From Burkholderiales bacterium (GTDB lineage Bacteria > Pseudomonadota > Gammaproteobacteria > Burkholderiales > SG8-39): DNA of 64,000 nucleotides. A program made the translations under genes and the position numbers. Shown one piece after another: positions 57,976 through 64,000 of the stretch (the stretch's first letter is position 1; each line of letters begins with the position of its first letter). The notes below the pieces were generated by a model that was not told the origin of the DNA, searched no databases, and saw nothing but the letters and a program-made list of their open reading frames with translations. Location of the stretch: NCBI GenBank assembly GCA_027493935.1, contig JAOSJV010000010.1, forward strand, positions 547,930 through 611,929, given 5' to 3'.

Positions 57976-59049
57976 TCAGGCCTGCCTGACCTTCACGTTG
58001 CGATAGCGCGGCGCGTCCTTCCAGAGCGCCTCGAACTCGCGCTGGCTCTTCACCACCTTGTCGAACCAGGCGTTGCCCGCCCGCACCTTGTCGGCCCATG
58101 CGATTCCGCGCTCGCGCGCCGCGTACTGCACGTCTGGATCGAGCTCGATGATCTCGTTGCCGCTCTTGCGGAAGAACTCGAGCGCCTTGGCGTCCTCCTG
58201 CCCGATGCGCGTGAAGGTCTCGTAGGTGACGAGCTTTGCCGTGAGCTCGACGAGCTTCTTGTCGCTCGCGGAGAGCTTCGCCCACACGTCCTTGTTGATG
58301 CACAGCTCGAACGGCGCGGTGGGCTGGTGCACGCCCGGGATGATCAGGTACTTCGCGACCTTGTAGAAGCCGGGCGTGATGTTCTCCCACAGCGTGCCCC
58401 ACTCGGTTGCGTCGATCACCCCGCGCTCGAGCGCGGGGTAGATCTCGCCGCCCGGGGTGGTCACCGGCGAGGCGCCGAGCTCCTTCGACATCTCGATCCA
58501 CGCGCCGGCGGTGCGCAGCTTGAGGCCTTTCAGGTCGGCGAGCGTCTTGACCGGCTTGCGCGAGTGCAGGAAGACCTCGGCGGTGCGGATGAACAGCGGC
58601 AGCGAGACGATGCCGAACTTCTCGTCGCGGAACTGGCGCTGCAACTCCGCCCCGCCCGCCTCGTAGATCCAGTGCAGCATGTACTCCGAGTTGAAGCTGC
58701 CGGCGTACCCGCCGAAGGCCACCGTGGTCGGGTCGGCGCCCCAGTCGTAGCCCATCCAGGTGTGGCCCATCTCGGCGACGCCGTTCTTGACGGTCTCCGA
58801 GACCTTGAGCGCGTTGCCGAGCGCGCCGCCGGTGAACACCTGCACCTTCATGCGCCCGCCGGAGAGGAAATCCAGCCGCTCGGCGAAGGCCTTCGCGCCG
58901 ATGTCCATCAGCGGCCCGCCCGACCAGGCGGTCGCCATCTTCCAGCTGTAGCTCGGCCCGCCCTGGGCGCGCGCCGGCACCGCCGCAGCGGCGGCCGCGG
59001 CAGCCGCCGCCGACAGCGCACCGGCCTTCAGAAACTCGCGTTTTCTCAT
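57976..59049 (-). CDS. TRAP transporter substrate-binding protein (DctP family) with a Tat-type signal
   Basis: Start at ATG 59049 (MRKREFLKAGALSAAAAAAAAAAVPARA). DctP-like body, 357 aa. Confidence 0.88.
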   Translation of the reverse strand: MRKREFLKAGALSAAAAAAAAAAVPARAQGGPSYSWKMATAWSGGPLMDIGAKAFAERLDFLSGGRMKVQVFTGGALGNALKVSETVKNGVAEMGHTWMGYDWGADPTTVAFGGYAGSFNSEYMLHWIYEAGGAELQRQFRDEKFGIVSLPLFIRTAEVFLHSRKPVKTLADLKGLKLRTAGAWIEMSKELGASPVTTPGGEIYPALERGVIDATEWGTLWENITPGFYKVAKYLIIPGVHQPTAPFELCINKDVWAKLSASDKKLVELTAKLVTYETFTRIGQEDAKALEFFRKSGNEIIELDPDVQYAARERGIAWADKVRAGNAWFDKVVKSQREFEALWKDAPRYRNVKVRQA

Positions 59050-59092
59050 TGCCTTCTCCTCCTTGGGGTGGTCAGATTCTGGTGCCGGGGAA

Positions 59093-59917
59093 TCACGCGG
59101 CCCGCGCAACGGCGCCATCCTGCCCGGCGGTGCCCGGCGCGTCGTTGATGTACCTCTCCATTTTCGCGCGCAGATCGGGCTTGACGTGCTTCATGCCGTA
59201 GCCGTTGAAGAGGTGCCCGAGCAGGCCGCGGTCGAGGTCGCTCGTGCGCATGATCCAGTCGGCGATCGGGAAGGTGAGGTTCATGTTGATATCCATCATG
59301 ATGCCCTGATTGTGGTGCACCGTGTGATGGCGCCGGATGGTGTTGACGAACGGCACATAGCGCACGAACCAGTTGTCGTGCACGTGGCAGCAGTAGTGGA
59401 AGGTCTCGTAGATCAGGTACTGGGCGACGATCGTCACCATCAGGACGTAGCCCACGTTTGGATTGATCAGCCAGCCGAGCAGGAGCGCGAACGGCGTGCC
59501 GAGCGCCATGAACGTGAACAGCGCGCGCCACGGGAAGAAGATTATGCGCCATTCGCGCGTACTGTCGACCGTCATCTCGTTGTCGGTGAAGTACTGGTGG
59601 TGCTGCCGGGTGTGCCGGTCGTAGATCGCCCGCAGCGCCCAAACGTCCACCAGCCGGTGCATCACGTTCTTGTGGATCCACCACTCGAAGAGGTTCGAAG
59701 CGACGAACACCGGCACCACCAGCAGCCACTCCCAGGTGGGGTTCTGCATCCGGCTCACGCACCAGGCGATCACCGCGATCCCCACCGCGTAGATCACGCC
59801 GATGTGCACCGGGCCGTTGTACAGGGGGTGCACCTGCGACATGTACTCGCCGCGGAAGCGGCGCTGGCGCTCGCTCATCGCGTGGCGCTCGACCAGGGTG
59901 TCTCCGAGCCGTGCCAT
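59093..59917 (-). CDS. Fatty-acid-hydroxylase/sterol-desaturase-family membrane di-iron oxygenase
   Basis: It carries histidine boxes HKNVMH, HTRQHH and HHTVHH with hydrophobic segments. The start could also be an internal Met. Confidence 0.75.
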   Translation of the reverse strand: MARLGDTLVERHAMSERQRRFRGEYMSQVHPLYNGPVHIGVIYAVGIAVIAWCVSRMQNPTWEWLLVVPVFVASNLFEWWIHKNVMHRLVDVWALRAIYDRHTRQHHQYFTDNEMTVDSTREWRIIFFPWRALFTFMALGTPFALLLGWLINPNVGYVLMVTIVAQYLIYETFHYCCHVHDNWFVRYVPFVNTIRRHHTVHHNQGIMMDINMNLTFPIADWIMRTSDLDRGLLGHLFNGYGMKHVKPDLRAKMERYINDAPGTAGQDGAVARAA

Positions 59918-60091
59918 TGCTGTCTCCTTGCGTCTGCGCGGCGCGCAACCGCCTGCGCGGCGGCCGGACCGTCGTCTGATATGTCACACGTATATTTTTG
60001 ACGACCATTGTCGCGCCGTGCAGCGCGAATTTCAAGCCGTCCGCGCGCCGCCCGATGCTGCGCTGCGGCATGGGTTGCGCGCCGTGCGGGC

Positions 60092-62022
60092 TCAGTGCCG
60101 CGCGCCCGCGCCCTCGGCCACCAGCCGTTTGGCGAGGCGAACCGCCTCCACCGCATTGGCGCCGTACCCGTCGGCGCCGATCTTCGCCGCGAACTGCTCG
60201 CTCACCGGTGCGCCGCCAACGATCACGCGGCAGCGGTCGCGCAGTCCGTTCGCCTCGAGCGCCTTGATGATCTCGCCCATCTCGACCATCGTGGTGGTGA
60301 GCAGCGCCGACAGGCCGAGCACGTCGGGCGCGAAGGCCGCCACCTCCTCGCAGAAGCGCTCGCGCGCGACGCTCACGCCGAGATCGCGCACTTCGAACCC
60401 GACCCCGCGCAGCATGGTCACCACCAGGTTCTTGCCGATGTCGTGCATGTCGCCGCGCACGGTGCCGACCAGCACCTTGCCGCGCTGCTGCTCGCCGCTC
60501 GCGGCGAGGTGCGGCTCGAGCATCTTGACCGCCGCGGTCATTGCCCGCGCGGCGAGCAGCACCTCGGGAATGAACGCCTCGCCGGCGGCCATGCGGTTGC
60601 CGACGACCGAGATCGCGGCGATCAGTCCGTGCTCGAGGATGTCGGCCGCGCGTGTGCCGCGGTCGAGCAGCTCCTGCACGTGCGCCCGGATGTCGACGTG
60701 GCGGCCCTTGAAGACGTCCTGCCGCACCTGCGCGAAAGCGTCGTCGGCCGCGCCCGCGGCCTGCGCCGCCGCCGGCGCGCGCGCCGCCGGCAGGGTTTCC
60801 AGCGTGCGCGCAGCGCCCGCCTTGAGCGGCAGCGCCCCCTCGCGCGCGATGCGCTCGCCGATGCGCTGCAGGCGCGAGAAGATCGCGTTCGGCGGCACCT
60901 CGTCGGCGACCCCGACGACGAGCCGGTTGCCCGGCGCCACGGCACGGAAAAACCCGTCGAGGTAGGCTTCGAAGTCGGCCTCGCTCGTCTCCGCGAGTAC
61001 CACCGTCGACGGGATGCCGCCGTAGAGGGTGAGCCGCGGGCTCCAGTGTCGGTAGTACTCGGCGAAGGTCACGCGCGTCATCGGTGCCGGGCAGATCGAT
61101 TCGGCGACGTGCATCCCGGAGTCGCGAATCAGGTCCATCAGCCCGCGGTTCTCGCCGTCGGTATGGCACAGGAGGAGCTTGCCGGCGCCTTGCATCGCCG
61201 CGGCCGCCTTGCGGATCCACGGCTGGATCTCCTTCTCGAAATAGGGCGGGAAGGTGAGCATGTCGTCGAAATTCGCCCCCACCAGACGACCTCGGCCGGC
61301 GATTGGGCGAGGATCGCGATCATCTTGTCCATCAGCGGCGCGATGCGCTCGGCGAGCCCGCGCATCTCGGCGTAGTGGTCCTTGTAGTGGATGAAGAACT
61401 GCGTCTGGTCGCTCAGGTCGCGCTGGATCAAGTGGAACGGCGAGGCGTCGAGCGAGCCGATCGCGATCGGCAGTCCGTCCTCGCGCATGTCCTCGGCCGA
61501 CCAGCGCCGGAAGCGCTCGAAGTTCGGCACCACGTCCATGTGCTCGAACAGGTACCCCGCGGGCGCATAGTCGGCGGGCGTCTTGATCAGGTGCTCGGCC
61601 AGTGCGGGAATGGTGATGCCGTTCATCTGCGACTCGACGTCGTAGTGCGTAACGGTGCTCACCATGCCGAGCGGCGTGTGGTACTCGACGCGCGTGCGCG
61701 CTCCGCTGCGCGCGATCTTGACCTCGACGTCCTTCGGCAGCACGACGTCGAACACCGTGTCGCGGCTGTAGAACACGTTGATGCCGCGGTGCAGGTAGAG
61801 CGGCTGGAAGGCCGCATCGAGCTGGTCGTCGCAGAAGCGGTGGTGCAGGGCCCAGCCCTCGGCGAGCGCGATCTCGCGCATCGCGCGGCCCGCGTGCGCG
61901 CGCGGCAGCGTGCCGGCGGTCGCGTTCGCGAGATACCATAGATCGAGACGCGGCACGTACGGCAGCTGATCGACGGTCTCGCCGCGCAGCGCCGCGGAGA
62001 TGCGGGCCCTGTTCGTGTACAT
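60092..62022 (-). pseudogene. CmuA-like two-domain protein: URO-D-type methyltransferase fused to a cobalamin-binding domain; frameshift in the C5 run 61276..61280
   Basis: Start at ATG 62022 (GGAGGAG upstream; MYTNRARISAAL...). The N-terminal part in ORF 61138..62085 runs to ..AEVVWWG. The continuation ANFDDMLTFPPYFEKE ... is in ORF 60092..62047. The C-terminal B12 domain carries GDMHDIGKNLV, SALLTTTM and VGGAP. Confidence 0.8.
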
Positions 62023-62080
62023 GGTTGGTCTCCTCCGGACGCGGCACCGGCCGGCCCCGCGAAAGCCTGGGTCGATCGCT

Positions 62081-62099
62081 GACATACTAGACGTATGTC
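62081..62099. promoter_or_regulatory. Perfect 7-5-7 palindrome GACATAC-TAGAC-GTATGTC upstream of the CmuA-like gene (candidate operator)
   Basis: The inverted repeat lies about 60-75 nt upstream of the ATG at 62022, in the divergent spacer. Confidence 0.3.
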
Positions 62100-62447
62100 T
62101 GCGGCTGCGTCCACAGCCGCGCGCGGTTTCTTGACGCGGATCACAGCCTGCGGCACCGGTCTCGGCGATCCGGGGCCGGGAAGCCTGGACCTGCCCGCGC
62201 TAAAGTAGAATCGCGGGGCTGGCGGCAACACCGCGGGCGCACGGATGCAGGCGACGCGATGCTGACGGTGAGCGCCGCCAGCGATCGATGCCGCCGCCTA
62301 GTATGTTCCGCGCCGCATGGCGTTCTTCGGGCAGTTGCCGGAGAGCGCCATGGGAATGATTCTGAAGGCGGAGCTGCGTCGCGCGTACGGTACCCCGGCG
62401 CGGCTCGCCGACTGACCGACGCACCGATCCTGGAAGGAGAGCCGGAC

Positions 62448-62864
62448 GTGAAGAGCACACTGCAGCCGGGCACCGCCCACACCGCGCGAAAGCCGATCGA
62501 CCGCGAGCGCACCATCGCCTTCATGGGTGACGAGCTGCGCGTCTATTCGACACCGAGCATGTGCCTGGACATCGAGAGCACCTGCCGCGACCTGCTGCTC
62601 GCCCATTGCGACGCGGGCGAGGACTCGGTTGGCGCGCGCATCGAGATCGACCATCTCGGCCCGACGCTGGTCGGACAGACGGTGGAGCTGACCGCGCGCG
62701 TGGCCGAGCTCGCGCTGCCGCGGGTCGTTTTCGAGGTGGAGGTGAAGGACGAGATCGACACGGTGGGCAGGGCGAAGCACATCCGCTTCGTGGTCGACAC
62801 CGCCAAGCAGGGCGAGCGGCTCAAGCGCAAGGCGGAGAAGGTGAAGTCAGCGAAGGGCGGCTGA
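62448..62864 (+). CDS. Hotdog-fold thioesterase-superfamily protein (FlK-like)
   Basis: Start taken at GTG 62448, with GGAAGGAG 8 nt upstream. The sequence ...STPSMCLDIESTCRDLL ... SVGARIEIDHLGPTLVGQTVELTARV ... matches the FlK-like thioesterase pattern. Confidence 0.6.
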   Translation: MKSTLQPGTAHTARKPIDRERTIAFMGDELRVYSTPSMCLDIESTCRDLLLAHCDAGEDSVGARIEIDHLGPTLVGQTVELTARVAELALPRVVFEVEVKDEIDTVGRAKHIRFVVDTAKQGERLKRKAEKVKSAKGG

Positions 62865-62889
62865 AGCCGCGCGCGCGGAGACGAGCAGC

Positions 62890-64000
62890 ATGGCCGAGCA
62901 GGCAACCGGCAAGAAGACCGTCCCGATGTACTGCTACCAGTGCGTCGCGGGTCCGGATTTCTTCAAGGTCGAGGTCGAGAACGGGGGTGGCGACCCGCAT
63001 CGAGTCGAACTGGGACATCGGCCACGCGCACGCCGCGGGCGGACGGGTGTGCGTGAAGGCCTACGGGCTGATCCAGAAGACCTACAACCCCAACCGGATC
63101 AGGAGCCCGATGAAGCGGACCAACCCGAGGAAGGGCCGCGATCAGGATCCGGGGTTCGTGCCGATCGCCTGGCAGGAGGCTTTCGACATCGTCGGCGCCA
63201 AGCTGCGCGAGGTGCGCGCGCGCGGCCTCACCGACGAGCACGGCTTTCCGCGCTTCGCCATCACCACCGGCGGCGGCGGCACGCCGGTCCAGTACATGGG
63301 CGCGTGGCCGGCGTTCCTGGCAGCCTGGGGACCGGTCGACCAGGGCTTCGGCGCCGGCCAGGGCGTGAAGTGCATGCACTCGGAGCACCTGTACGGCGAA
63401 TTCTGGCACCGCGCCTTCATCGTTTCGGCGGACACGCCCCGCACCGATTTCGTCATCAACTGCGGAGCCAACATCGAGGCCTCGCATGGCGTGCTCGGGA
63501 TCTGGCGCGAGGCCGAGGCGCGCGTGCGTGGGCTGCGCCGCATCCAGGTCGAGCCGCACATGTCGGTCACCGGCGCGCTGTCGGCCGAGTGGGTGCCGAT
63601 CAAGCCGAAGACCGATGCCGCGTTCCTCTTCGGACTGGTCCACCGCATCTTGCACGAGCGCGCCTGGCGCGAGGTGTGCGACCTGCCCTACCTCTCGCGG
63701 CGCACCAACTCGCCGTACCTGGTCGGCCCGAACGGCTGGTTCCTGCGCGACCCGTCGAGCGAGAAGCCGCTCGTCTGGGACCTCGCCGAGGGACGCGCCA
63801 GGCCGTACGACGCCGAGGTGGCGCAGCCAGCCATGACCGGGGCATACACGCTCGGCGGTATCGAGATCGGGCCCGACGGGCGCCGCTGGACGCACGCGTC
63901 GTGCAGCGCGGTGCCCGCGTTCCAGAAGCTGCTCGATCACATGGCCCCCTACACGCCCGAGTGGGCGGCCGAGGAGTGCGGGATCGCGGCCGCGACCATC
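62890..64000 (+). pseudogene. Molybdopterin (bis-MGD) oxidoreductase catalytic subunit, 3'-partial; frameshift in the G5 run 62984..62988
   Basis: ATG 62890 (MAEQATGKKTVPMYCYQCVAGPDFFKVEVENG) continues in the -1 frame as VATRIESNWDIGHAHAAGGRVCVKAYGLIQKTYNPNRIRSPMKRTNP ... GFVPIAWQEAFDIVG ... and stays open to the window end. It is absent from the ORF track because it has no stop codon in the window. Confidence 0.75.

Noticed and set aside
4222-62988. Programmed ribosomal frameshifting or phase-variable homopolymer switches as the explanation for the frame breaks
   Set aside because: There is no slippery heptamer or downstream structure pattern. The runs are only 4-5 nt, too short for efficient slipped-strand switching. 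The affected genes are housekeeping or metabolic (oxc, fhs, soxB, tctA) rather than contingency loci. Both +1 and -1 events occur.
1-64000. Search for CRISPR arrays, tRNA/rRNA genes, IS elements, integrases, prophage or toxin-antitoxin/defence modules
   Set aside because: I saw no direct-repeat/spacer array, cloverleaf-like sequence in the intergenic regions, transposase/integrase-like ORF or terminal inverted repeats. The window looks like core or accessory metabolic chromosome rather than a mobile island. The scan was by eye only.

Overview
High-GC proteobacterial chromosome segment. The Betaproteobacteria-like, sulfur-oxidising lifestyle is my inference from gene content. There are about 55 genes and I found no rRNA, tRNA, CRISPR array, transposase or integrase.

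Left to right:
1. A partial M48 peptidase and moaC.
2. soxYZAXB thiosulfate-oxidation genes.
3. A sigma54-driven type IVa pilin gene (pilA) surrounded by five TPR-glycosyltransferase fusion genes (one GT41/SPY-like, four tandem TPR-GT9 paralogs), plus a SAM methyltransferase and a GT8-like gene.
4. An eight-gene, same-strand signalling island: CHASE2-Ser/Thr kinase, PP2C, FHA, CHASE2-nucleotide cyclase, class II cNMP phosphodiesterase, cNMP-binding/rhodanese protein, GAF-PilB/GspE-like ATPase, GAF-HD-GYP.
5. An oxalate/formate C1 block: oxc, frc, an Fmt-like formyltransferase, a Crp/Fnr regulator, tctCBA, Usp, an anion permease and fhs. Three TTGAC-N4-GTCAA boxes tie these units together.
6. 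A PhyH-dioxygenase / APH-like kinase / enolase-paralog operon.
7. A roughly 14 kb corrinoid-dependent methyl-transfer island: DUF1638, MetV-MetF, a RACo-type activase, methyl-THF methyltransferase, URO-D-type methyltransferase, corrinoid protein, FAD oxidoreductase, TRAP transporter, a di-iron hydroxylase and a CmuA-like methyltransferase-corrinoid fusion. It is followed by a hotdog thioesterase and a partial molybdopterin oxidoreductase.

Fourteen otherwise well-conserved genes carry 15 single-nucleotide frame breaks (tctA has two). Nine of them lie in runs of 4-5 identical bases. As given these genes are pseudogenes, but I read the pattern as sequence or assembly error rather than decay. Many long ORFs in the supplied track are high-GC shadow ORFs or artificial read-throughs across those frameshifts.
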